From a virus (taxonomy: Duplodnaviria; Heunggongvirae; Uroviricota; Caudoviricetes): 9,008 nucleotides of DNA. Below the pieces are notes generated by a model. It made no database searches. It was not told the DNA's origin and saw only the letters and a program-made list of their open reading frames with translations. The stretch lies in IMG/VR virus record IMGVR_UViG_2703718855_000006, one strand, 5' to 3'. Within the stretch, counting starts at the first letter, position 1; each line of letters opens with the position of its first letter. The position numbers and the translations under genes were made by a program. This document shows positions 1 to 6,305 of this stretch, in pieces.

Positions 1-303
1 TTCTCCCAAACCAAGGTTTTCGAGAGCCGTTTTCACCGTGCCATCCGATTTGATATCGCCAAACGGATTCTTGCGGCTTAACAGCAGCGCACGAAGCGCG
101 GTAAGCAGCTGGTCGTGCCGCCCCTTCTCCAGGCTGGCACCGGATGCCTCCACCACGCTGCAAAGCTCCTCCTGCAACATGTCAAAGTAGTCATCATCCA
201 GATCGGTGGCAGGCGTGCCGGTCTGGGGGTTACCACGGGTAAAACCGTTCTTACCCGCGCCGAACTTATCCTTCTGCGCGGTTTTCGTGTCTATACGATG
301 CAT
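1..303 (-). CDS. Hypothetical phage protein, N-terminal 101 codons only; the gene continues past the window start
   Basis: My own reverse-complement translation (not in the ORF track because there is no stop in the window): [101 protein letters not shown]... ATG at 303-301 is preceded by a stop in the same frame and a GGAG Shine-Dalgarno about 7 nt upstream, and overlaps the stop of the upstream gene (ATGCATCGTATAG). Confidence 0.45.
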   Translation of the reverse strand, partial: MHRIDTKTAQKDKFGAGKNGFTRGNPQTGTPATDLDDDYFDMLQEELCSVVEASGASLEKGRHDQLLTALRALLLSRKNPFGDIKSDGTVKTALENLGLGE

Positions 304-779
304 GGATTACTCCGGATAGCATCCTGCATCTTTGCGGCAAACTCGGCAGCCGCTTCCGGTGTTTTTTTCAGTTGTACCGCAAGATAAGCTGTCGCTTTAC
401 CCACACCGCCAAGAATGTTTTCTGCCGGGATCCCCTGACGCACCAGCATCTGCATCATGTTCTGGAAATCAGCCGTTGTACCGGGTAGCTGATTACCCAG
501 GCCAATAGCCAGTTTATTGATGTCCTGAAAGCTCTTTCCAACCTCGCCGTTCGCATCCATCATGGCGACTTTCAGCCCGGTGGCGGCGTTTTCCTGATCG
601 GCATAAGATTTCAGGGAAAGCGTCAGACCCGCTGCCAGTCCGCCACCAAGCGCCAGCCCACCCTGTGACGCTTCTTCCGCCTGGCGTTTAAATCCCCGGA
701 TTTTCTTTTGCATTTTCGACAGCGCGGGAGAAAGCCTGTCGACACCGGTGATCAACGCCTTAAGCTCAAATTCCGCCAT
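291..779 (-). CDS. Hypothetical phage protein, 162 aa, with a Gly/Ala-rich hydrophobic segment; resembles the N-terminal region of tail tape-measure or minor tail proteins, or a membrane protein
   Basis: ORF track 291..779. ATG start overlaps the end of the upstream reading frame and its stop overlaps the next start. Segment [17 protein letters not shown] followed by an Ala/Gly/Gln-rich helical region. Function is inferred from composition only. Confidence 0.5.
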   Translation of the reverse strand: MAEFELKALITGVDRLSPALSKMQKKIRGFKRQAEEASQGGLALGGGLAAGLTLSLKSYADQENAATGLKVAMMDANGEVGKSFQDINKLAIGLGNQLPGTTADFQNMMQMLVRQGIPAENILGGVGKATAYLAVQLKKTPEAAAEFAAKMQDAIRSNPCIV

Positions 780-1218
780 GTGTGCGTTTCTCCTGCTCTA
801 TCCTGTTTGCCTGACTGACCAGCAAGGGAATTTCACTGATCGGCATATTCAGCAATTCGAAGGGATTAATGCGCCAGTAGCTGGCGCAGTCAAAGAAGCG
901 ATCAGTGAGGTATTCAGCCGTCAGGCCTGGAGGAAAAAACCAGCCACAAGCCACGCCGCTGCATTCAGGTCTGCCGGAGACATCTGGTCGACAGAGCTTT
1001 GCGGCACTTTCGCCAGCCGCACAATGTATTTCGATACCACATGCGCCAGAAGTCTGACGGACTCATCCTGATTCATCTGGTAGGGATACCGCTGCATTCA
1101 CTGAACGGTATCCCAGCATGGTTGCCACCTCCTGATTGGTTGGCGGAAAGCCACGCTCTTTCTGGTAAGAAATCAGCATATCCAGCACCTGCTGCTGGCA
1201 TTGAGTTAACGTCGTCAT
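766..1218 (-). pseudogene. LexA-N-terminal-like DNA-binding protein gene split across three frames (1218-1063, 1097-921, 954-766); either a frameshifted pseudogene or a gene using recoding
   Basis: Frame a (ATG at 1218-1216, ATGA overlap with the Dam stop) encodes MTTLTQCQQQVLDMLISYQKERGFPPTNQEVATMLGYRSVNAAVSLPDESG then TGA; this parallels the LexA DNA-binding domain (LT.RQQEV.D.I...G.PPT..E.A..LG.RS.NAA). Frame b (ATG 1097-1095) encodes MQRYPYQMNQDESVRLLAHVVSKYIVRLAKVPQSSVDQMSPADLNAAAWLVAGFFLQA. The third frame (766..954 in the ORF track) has no ATG; the track assumes a GTG. Frames a and c are the same phase, separated by the TGA at 1065-1063. Confidence 0.4.
933..939 (-). other. Canonical -1 slippery heptamer U_UUU_UUC at the junction of the second and third reading frames of the split gene
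   Basis: Minus-strand mRNA reads GGU UUU UUC CUC CAG GCC UGA in frame b; a -1 slip at U UUU UUC continues in the 766..954 frame (UUU UUU CCU CCA ...). The plus strand shows an A6 run at 934-939. It could equally be a homopolymer indel or a sequencing error. Confidence 0.35.
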
Positions 1219-1868
1219 GCCGCCATCTCCCTGACCAGTTTTTCCGCCTGCTGGCGAACCTGCACCAGAAAGGCTTCACCACATGCCTCAAGTTCATCGC
1301 GCCCGATGTAGCTGATTGCCGGTCCCTTCCAGGTCTTGTCGAAAACAGCAATAGCACCAGCGAAGAAAGCGCCTGTCGGCACCTGCTTCTCATCCTTCGG
1401 GATAAACCAGGCAGGCAGTTCAAAACCAATACGCCCGCGAATAAAAGCAATATGGTCCGCATCTTCCGGCCACCACACTTCGCTGGTGGCAGCTTTGATC
1501 AGGAAAACATAGCGCCCGCCCTTATCACGCATGGCACTGGCATGTTTCATGATGTAACGCATGCCGGTGATGTATTGCCCCTCATGCTGACTGGCGCGGC
1601 TGTATGGGGGATTACCAAAGGCAGCACCTTTAAGCTCCGCAAGACGTTCTGACCAGTCATGCGCCAGCGCGTTATCTTCCGCCGTGTAATACGCGGCACA
1701 TTTGGCGTTATCACCGTCAGTAAACAGATCCAGAACAAACGGGCCAAACAGGGTGTTAATTCCCCAGAAAATGTTGTCCGGCGTGCGCCACTGATCGCCC
1801 ACTTCCTTCAGTTCATGGGCTGGTTTGTTCCGCAGTTCCACCAGCGCCTGGCAATATTTATTACTCAT
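1215..1868 (-). CDS. Phage DNA N6-adenine methyltransferase (Dam family, orphan methylase)
   Basis: 217 aa from ATG 1868-1866 (MSNKYCQALVELRNKPAHELKEVGDQWRTPDNIF...), one nt overlapping the upstream stop (TAATG). Contains the catalytic NPPY motif (GAAFGNPPYSR) and a DxWxTP-like N-terminal motif typical of phage Dam-type methylases. The ORF-track start at 1901 is probably too far upstream. Confidence 0.85.
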   Translation of the reverse strand: MSNKYCQALVELRNKPAHELKEVGDQWRTPDNIFWGINTLFGPFVLDLFTDGDNAKCAAYYTAEDNALAHDWSERLAELKGAAFGNPPYSRASQHEGQYITGMRYIMKHASAMRDKGGRYVFLIKAATSEVWWPEDADHIAFIRGRIGFELPAWFIPKDEKQVPTGAFFAGAIAVFDKTWKGPAISYIGRDELEACGEAFLVQVRQQAEKLVREMAA

Positions 1869-2356
1869 TAAGCCCCCACGTAATTCCCTGACAGATACCA
1901 CTCTTCACCCGATGCAGCGCGCTTGCTGCTTTTCCGTAAGCACCGCTCACGACGCGCCAGAAAATTGTTTCGTTCTGGCTGGGAGTGGCTTTCACGGAAT
2001 GCCGCCATCCACACGGTTGCAGCACGACGGTATAAGCCCCTGGACTCCAGTTCTTCAGCCTGGCGGGTCAGGCACAAAATCACCCGTGGATCGTTAGTGC
2101 CGACATAGAAATTGCGCACAGGTCTGGTTTCTCGAACTGGTTGTGGTTCCGGTTCCTGCGCTCTCTCAGTCAGGCGCGGGAAATGTCTGCGTGTATCTCC
2201 TTCACAACGGTGAGCCACACGCCCACTCTGACGTAACTTGCTTGCTGACTGCAGAACGCGCTGCCGTGAGTAACCTGCAAAAGCATCCGCAATGTCTCCG
2301 GAAGTACATCCCGGATGGGCTTCAATGAATTTCTGAACTTCATTCAAAAGACTCAT
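1868..2356 (-). CDS. PerC-family-like small regulatory protein with an N-terminal winged-helix-like region
   Basis: ORF track 1868..2362 uses a GTG; the ATG at 2356-2354 is preceded by GGGGGTGA and gives 162 aa. The C-terminal segment AEELESRGLYRRAATVWMAAFRESHSQPERNNFLARRERCLRKS resembles the PerC family signature. Assignment is from recalled motif similarity. Confidence 0.5.
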   Translation of the reverse strand: MSLLNEVQKFIEAHPGCTSGDIADAFAGYSRQRVLQSASKLRQSGRVAHRCEGDTRRHFPRLTERAQEPEPQPVRETRPVRNFYVGTNDPRVILCLTRQAEELESRGLYRRAATVWMAAFRESHSQPERNNFLARRERCLRKSSKRAASGEEWYLSGNYVGA

Positions 2357-2358
2357 GA

Positions 2359-3300
2359 TCACCCCCTGAATCCTGCCGGGATCTGGCTGTAGTCCACGTT
2401 GTCGTAACTGGATTTGAAGTACGGGTCTTCGCGTTTTTCGGTGTACGTGCTGACGGACGGTGATAAGCGCAGGGAAAGCTCATCCCATTTTTCCCGCAAC
2501 TTCGACGGGCTGAGCACGTTACGGCACCAGAACGGATCGCGGCTGACGCGGCTGTACATCTCGCAGATTTGTTTGTGAGTACGACCATCCTGCACACACA
2601 TCAGGCGAATTTCGTTTGCCCAGGCTGTCCAGTTCGGTTCTTTGGGACGAACCACCTCGCCGTCACATTCGGCGGCTTGCTCGTACAGGGCGATGATTTT
2701 TTTCCAGAGCCACTGTGCGCAGGTCAAATCATCCTGCGTTCCCCACTGGCGCTTTTTAGGGCTGAATACAACCGCATCAGGATGGCGAGTTAAAAAATCC
2801 TGTTCATCCGTCTGCGTGTCCGGTTGCGAAGCGTCCGGACGAGAAGGTTTTTTATCTGACGGATCATGTTTTGATTTTACTGACGGATCCCCGCCAGATT
2901 CTGACGGATGAAAACCCGCTTTTTTGCCAGATTTCGACGCATCAAATTTTGACGGGTCAGATTTTGATGCGTCAGATTTTGACGGGTCAGAATCTGACAG
3001 TTGAGAAAATGCCGCTGCCTGAAGCTTCGCAACGTTAAGCTGATAAACATTCGACGCATTGCGGTTACCCTGGCGACGCGCCTTACGCGTTAACCAGCCT
3101 TCTGCTTCCAGCCGTGCGATAGCCGTCCTGACGGTACTCATCCCCGCGCCAATCTGACGGGCAATGGTTTCAATTGATGGCCAGCACACACCTTCGTCAT
3201 TACTGAAATCAGCCAGGCGGGCCATAATTGCCACGCTGGATAATTTCATGCCTGATGCAGCGCAACCATCCCATACATAGCCGGTTAATTTAGTGCTCAT
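2359..3300 (-). CDS. Phage replication initiator (lambda O-like); apparently the intact form of what is a pseudogene (oweE) in K-12 e14
   Basis: 313 aa. ATG at 3300 with an AGAGG Shine-Dalgarno, 9 nt after the YmfM-like stop. N-terminal winged-helix-like domain (LADFSNDEGVCWPSIETIARQIGAGMSTVRTAIARLEAEGWLTRK), a central low-complexity pentapeptide linker (SDPSK SDASK SDPSK FDASK) encoded by 15-bp tandem repeats, then a C-terminal domain. Confidence 0.7.
   Translation of the reverse strand: MSTKLTGYVWDGCAASGMKLSSVAIMARLADFSNDEGVCWPSIETIARQIGAGMSTVRTAIARLEAEGWLTRKARRQGNRNASNVYQLNVAKLQAAAFSQLSDSDPSKSDASKSDPSKFDASKSGKKAGFHPSESGGDPSVKSKHDPSDKKPSRPDASQPDTQTDEQDFLTRHPDAVVFSPKKRQWGTQDDLTCAQWLWKKIIALYEQAAECDGEVVRPKEPNWTAWANEIRLMCVQDGRTHKQICEMYSRVSRDPFWCRNVLSPSKLREKWDELSLRLSPSVSTYTEKREDPYFKSSYDNVDYSQIPAGFRG
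2852..3002. repeat. Iteron-like array (putative phage replication origin) inside the O-like gene
   Basis: Five contiguous 15-bp units at 2928-3002 (CAGATTTCGACGCAT, CAAATTTTGACGGGT, CAGATTTTGATGCGT, CAGATTTTGACGGGT, CAGAATCTGACAGTT), plus related copies at 2852-2866, 2873-2889 and 2895-2909. A perfect 16-bp direct repeat ATTTTGACGGGTCAGA occurs at 2946-2961 and 2976-2991. Confidence 0.6.
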
Positions 3301-3309
3301 GACCGACCT

Positions 3310-3648
3310 CTATTTCCCTGAATTTACGACGAAACTGTTCGAGCGGGCTGAAGCACTCATGCTCATAGCCTTCGCGGAGGTAGATAACCCGTTGTGTTTC
3401 CGGCTCCCAACGAATGACTCTGACGGGCACTCCGTAGTGATCTTTGAACCAGCGGTTAACTTGTCGCAAAGGACTGTCTCCTTCTGCCGGTTGAAATCAC
3501 CCACAGCCCACTCAGCAAAGCTGTGGGTTACAATTTCCCTGTCACCTGGTACATTAACTGCATAGCAATACTCCACCTTCGCTTTTCCACCCGGTACAGG
3601 AAGCGCAATCAGTTGCGAGCGACGGTAGTGTGTTGTTAAACTGTTCAT
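3310..3648 (-). CDS. YmfM-like small protein (112 aa), in the position of the e14 SOS-inducible division-inhibitor candidate
   Basis: ORF track 3310..3648. The ATG overlaps the stop of the upstream YmfL-like gene (ATGA), and the stop lies 9 nt before the O-like start. Size and synteny match e14 ymfM (112 aa); I cannot verify sequence identity. Confidence 0.5.
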   Translation of the reverse strand: MNSLTTHYRRSQLIALPVPGGKAKVEYCYAVNVPGDREIVTHSFAEWAVGDFNRQKETVLCDKLTAGSKITTECPSESFVGSRKHNGLSTSAKAMSMSASARSNSFVVNSGK

Positions 3649-4241
3649 GCGTTAGTTTCTCCACAGTCACGACACGCCACGGCGCCCGGAGCTGCACACT
3701 CGCGGGCGTCATTACTTTCTGAAATGCAAAAGATTTTGTAGACCAGTGCTGCATGCTCCTGCAGCTTCGAAATTGAGAGATACAGCTCGTCGTTAATTGC
3801 TGTCTTCTCATGCGGTTCCACCACACCGTCTTCGATTGCCGAACGAATCTGTCTGGAATAACTGCCAATCTGTTCAATGACTTCCAGCAGGCGCTGGTTA
3901 ATATCGGCGTTGTCCACATCCTCGACGTCAGGAAGAGACACAAAGACGCCATTTGCAGACTGCGCCACAGCGTCAGCAATGAAGTGAGTTCCACCAGCAC
4001 GTTGCAAAATCATTGCCCATCCCAGCGGGAAAATCTGATCGCCATCGGCACGAAGGCGGTTAAATAATGCGTTTTCTGTTACATCCAGCCAGTCAGCTGC
4101 TTCAGCGTAACCACCCGGCAACGCTGCGATAGTTTTTCTGACAGCTTTCACGTACCACTCAGGCTGTTTTTCTACTTTCCAGTGATGCTTACCCACGGTT
4201 AGCCTCATCGTTCTGTGGTTTCTGTTAATCGATTTATCCAT
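3645..4241 (-). CDS. YmfL-like putative early regulatory protein; start codon uncertain
   Basis: Open frame 3645..4310. The first ATG (4310) would overlap cro by 77 nt. More plausible starts are the ATG at 4241 (8-nt overlap with the cro stop), the ATG at 4253 or 4208, or a GTG near 4196 preceded by GAGG. C-terminus is Cys-containing ([17 protein letters not shown]). Confidence 0.5.
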   Translation of the reverse strand: MDKSINRNHRTMRLTVGKHHWKVEKQPEWYVKAVRKTIAALPGGYAEAADWLDVTENALFNRLRADGDQIFPLGWAMILQRAGGTHFIADAVAQSANGVFVSLPDVEDVDNADINQRLLEVIEQIGSYSRQIRSAIEDGVVEPHEKTAINDELYLSISKLQEHAALVYKIFCISESNDARECAAPGAVACRDCGETNA

Positions 4242-4434
4242 TAGATTTTTCATAAAGCTCAGGTTTAAATGGCAACCGTCCGCAAGTTCTATATGCAGCT
4301 TCTGCTGCACGTCCTTTTGGAATTAACTGGCCCGGACGGTTTCGCCACTGATAAACGGCTTCAGTTGTTATGCCGAAAAAAGCAGCAACTTTCTCAATAC
4401 TGCCGAAGTAGCTTTCGATATCGTCAGTTGTCAT
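4234..4434 (-). CDS. cro: Cro-like early repressor (66 aa)
   Basis: ORF track 4234..4434; GGAGGG Shine-Dalgarno 5 nt upstream of the ATG; divergent from the CI-like repressor across an operator-bearing intergenic region; same length as e14 CroE (66 aa). Confidence 0.7.
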   Translation of the reverse strand: MTTDDIESYFGSIEKVAAFFGITTEAVYQWRNRPGQLIPKGRAAEAAYRTCGRLPFKPELYEKSNG

Positions 4435-4531
4435 ACGCCCTCCAAACTAAGTTTTATTAGATGCTAATTACAAATCTATCTTTGGTCAATAAAAACTAAG
4501 ATTACTTAGCAATTCAAGAAATGGTGCTCCT
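4435..4531. promoter_or_regulatory. Divergent promoter/operator region between cro and the CI-like repressor
   Basis: Two operator-like sites of the form CTAAG-N4-CTTAG: CTAAGTTTTATTAG (about 4447-4460) and CTAAGATTACTTAG (about 4495-4508). A TTGACC -35-like hexamer on the cro strand. Promoter elements were not resolved precisely. Confidence 0.6.
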
Positions 4532-5158
4532 ATGGAAACGGTTGGTCAGCGTATAAAAGCTCTGAGAAGAGTTACCGGAACGTCCCAGAAAGAATTGGGT
4601 AAATTTTGTGGAGTAAGCGACGTTGCTGTGGGGTACTGGGAGAAAGACATCAATACCCCTGGTGGGGAGGCACTTTCGAAATTAGCGAAGTTCTTCAATA
4701 CGTCAATAGATTACATTCTTTATGGTGCTGAGTTTGAAGGCAAACTCGTCACAAACATGCGCAGAGTTCCTGTAATATCGTGGGTTCAGGCTGGGCAGTT
4801 TACTGAGTGCAGGGCAGCAGAAGTGTTTAGTGAAGTGGACAAGTGGGTAGATACATCATTAAAGATTGGTGATAACTCATTTGCATTAGAGGTTAAAGGT
4901 GACTCCATGACTAACCCTAATGGCCTCCCAACAATACCAGAAGGCGCAACAGTGATTGTAGATCCAGATGCAGAACCTCGTCATGGAAAAATAGTCATCG
5001 CTCGACTTGATGGAACAAACGAAGCTACAGTAAAAAAATTAGTCATCGATGGCCCTCAAAAGTTTTTAGTGCCATTAAATCCTCGGTATCCCAACATCCC
5101 TATCAATGGTAATTGCCTTATCATTGGTGTAGTCAAAGGAGTTCAATACGAACTCTAA
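4532..5158 (+). CDS. Phage repressor, CI/LexA type (XRE-family HTH plus S24 peptidase autocleavage domain)
   Basis: 208 aa. N-terminal HTH (QRIKALRRVTGTSQKELGKFCGVSDVAVGYWEKDINTPGGEALSKLAKFF). C-terminal S24 domain with catalytic Ser in GDSM and Lys in TVKKL. Candidate Ala-Gly cleavage site in WVQAGQF. Occupies the cohE position but is shorter than K-12 CohE (224 aa), suggesting a different immunity type. Confidence 0.9.
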   Translation: METVGQRIKALRRVTGTSQKELGKFCGVSDVAVGYWEKDINTPGGEALSKLAKFFNTSIDYILYGAEFEGKLVTNMRRVPVISWVQAGQFTECRAAEVFSEVDKWVDTSLKIGDNSFALEVKGDSMTNPNGLPTIPEGATVIVDPDAEPRHGKIVIARLDGTNEATVKKLVIDGPQKFLVPLNPRYPNIPINGNCLIIGVVKGVQYEL

Positions 5159-5180
5159 GACCTCTCTTCTCTAACTAAGG

Positions 5181-5213
5181 CACCAAACTAAGAAAAGTTT
5201 GGTGTTTTCTCTT
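5181..5213 (+). terminator. Rho-independent terminator downstream of the repressor gene
   Basis: CACCAAACT aagaaa AGTTTGGTG followed by TTTTCTCTT: a perfect 9-bp stem, 6-nt loop and T-rich tail, 23 nt after the repressor stop. Confidence 0.7.
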
Positions 5214-5241
5214 GCCATAATAACTAAGTTAAGTTAGATTT
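5212..5241 (+). promoter_or_regulatory. Putative pL-like promoter with a third operator-like site
   Basis: TTGCCA (5212-5217), 17-bp spacer, TAGATT (5235-5240). The spacer contains CTAAGTTAAGTTAG (5224-5237), closely similar to the operator CTAAGTTTTATTAG next to cro. The promoter is oriented toward the 68-aa gene and xis/int. Confidence 0.35.
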
Positions 5242-5320
5242 TATATCAAAGATAACGAACAGGCAGGACGCCCACGAAGTAGCCGCCTGGGGCATATGAA
5301 GTCCAGGATGATTCGTTAGC

Positions 5321-5347
5321 AACAAAAAAGCGCCCTACAGGACGCTT
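5321..5347 (-). terminator. Rho-independent terminator for minus-strand transcription
   Basis: Minus strand reads AAGCGtCCTgtAGGgCGCTT followed by TTTTTTGTT. It lies downstream (minus sense) of the 144-aa gene and beyond the antisense of the 68-aa gene. Confidence 0.6.
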
Positions 5348-5405
5348 AGCTCTTTAACAATCTGGTCCCCATCAACAAGTAACTGATAACTTGAGGAGGT
5401 GTGAA

Positions 5406-5612
5406 ATGCACAAAACAGAACCAAAAATCGTCGCACCCGGATACACAAATGAGGAAATTTACGAGTGGATGGCAAAGAAGCTGGCAGCTATAAACCAGCT
5501 TCGTGAAGTGCTGTCTTATCGACAGGAAACAATAGACTCCTTAAAAAAACTGGATCAGGAAATCACGGTTTTATCACAGGATGTTACTTTAGATATTGTG
5601 CAGACAAATTAG
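5406..5612 (+). CDS. Hypothetical small acidic coiled-coil protein (68 aa); accessory gene
   Basis: ATG at 5406 with a strong GAGGAGGTG Shine-Dalgarno 4-5 nt upstream (the ORF track began at an upstream TTG). MHKTEPKIVAPGYTNEEIYEWMAKKLAAINQLREVLSYRQETIDSLKKLDQEITVLSQDVTLDIVQTN. Its 3' end overlaps the convergent 144-aa gene by 29 nt. Confidence 0.5.
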   Translation: MHKTEPKIVAPGYTNEEIYEWMAKKLAAINQLREVLSYRQETIDSLKKLDQEITVLSQDVTLDIVQTN

Positions 5613-6018
5613 GATCCCATTCATTTTCGTCAAAATCATCAAAGTGATGAATTTGTGATCTCCAGTCTCGATAATCTAAAAATTTCTGGGCGGTTACGCT
5701 TATTTTATCAAGCGTGAGTTCATCCTGAATTGAAAGAAGAAGTTCATCAAATTTCATCTCATTAATCTGTTTTGGCATCCAGTGATGCTTCATCAGAATA
5801 AGGTGAACCAGAGCTTTTTTCCCATTCAACTGATTATAGGGAGTGCCGAATTTCTTCCGGTGCTCATGTAAGACAAGGTCCAGAAGAGTAAGTAATGTTG
5901 CCCTTGATTCAACTTTGCTTATTTCGACTGATGACACTACCCCACTGATTTCAATGCCCCGATACTTTCCAACATTTTCACAGTGGGATTTGTACAGCGT
6001 ATAGATATTACCGGACAT
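5584..6018 (-). CDS. Hypothetical protein (144 aa); AT-rich accessory gene with a C-terminal R-x4-H motif (possible HEPN-like fold)
   Basis: ATG at 6018 with an AAGGA Shine-Dalgarno about 6 nt upstream. Roughly 30% GC on a sampled line versus 50% or more in the core phage genes. Motif RSQIHH near the C-terminus. Same slot and orientation as ymfI in e14, but a different size (144 vs 113 aa). Confidence 0.6.
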   Translation of the reverse strand: MSGNIYTLYKSHCENVGKYRGIEISGVVSSVEISKVESRATLLTLLDLVLHEHRKKFGTPYNQLNGKKALVHLILMKHHWMPKQINEMKFDELLLSIQDELTLDKISVTAQKFLDYRDWRSQIHHFDDFDENEWDPNLSAQYLK

Positions 6019-6034
6019 TTCTTTTCCTTTTGCG

Positions 6035-6085
6035 TTGTTGGGGATAACCAGATTAACCGAATCCTTGTTGTTGGGGAATAACCAG
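6035..6085. repeat. Two direct repeats in the upstream region of the 144-aa gene (candidate regulator binding sites)
   Basis: TTGTTGGGGATAACCAG (6035-6051) and TTGTTGGGGAATAACCAG (6068-6085), 33 bp apart centre to centre (about three helical turns). The reverse complement of the first contains TTATCCCCA, 8/9 to the DnaA-box consensus TTATCCACA. Confidence 0.5.
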
Positions 6086-6305
6086 GTCCACCTCGCCTGA
6101 TGTGGCTAAAAGCAGGCACATAACAGCTAAGTATTTTCAACCAGAGAGAATCCTTAGCGTTGTGGTGAATGCGGCTCAGCGCACGCGGGTTAAGGTTGAG
6201 GCTGACAGTCGACCTTCTGTGGATACCCACCCGTCTGGTGTGCAACCTTCGCCAGGCACCGGGAGGCACCCGGAACCACAACTTTATGCTGTGTGTAGTC
6301 TTGAC

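Noticed and set aside
115-387. 90-aa plus-strand ORF at the left edge
   Set aside because: Antisense to the two coupled minus-strand genes; low-complexity translation.
1073-1462. 129-aa minus-strand ORF overlapping the methylase in another frame
   Set aside because: An alternative frame of the Dam gene with Arg-rich, non-protein-like composition.
999-1652. 217-aa plus-strand ORF antisense to the methylase gene
   Set aside because: Arg/Pro/His-rich, low-complexity translation; the opposite strand carries the NPPY methyltransferase motif and is translationally coupled to its neighbours.
2852-3002. Tandem repeats considered as a CRISPR array
   Set aside because: Units are only 15 bp, contiguous with no spacers, and lie inside a coding region with a 3-nt-multiple period; they are iterons or a peptide-repeat linker.
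2569-3059. Plus- and minus-strand ORFs (74, 89 and 60 aa) overlapping the O-like gene and its repeat array
   Set aside because: They are alternative-frame translations of the iteron and linker region (for example, repetitive LTRQN peptides) with no start context; the O-like frame is the coherent one.
3293-3565. 90-aa plus-strand ORF antisense to the YmfM-like gene
   Set aside because: Its translation is not implausible, but it overlaps the O-like start and breaks the tightly coupled minus-strand operon; synteny with e14 ymfM favours the minus-strand gene. A residual possibility only.
3554-4067. 148-aa minus-strand and 85-aa plus-strand ORFs overlapping the YmfL-like gene
   Set aside because: Alternative-frame or antisense ORFs with no ribosome-binding site; the YmfL-like frame is coupled to cro and ymfM.
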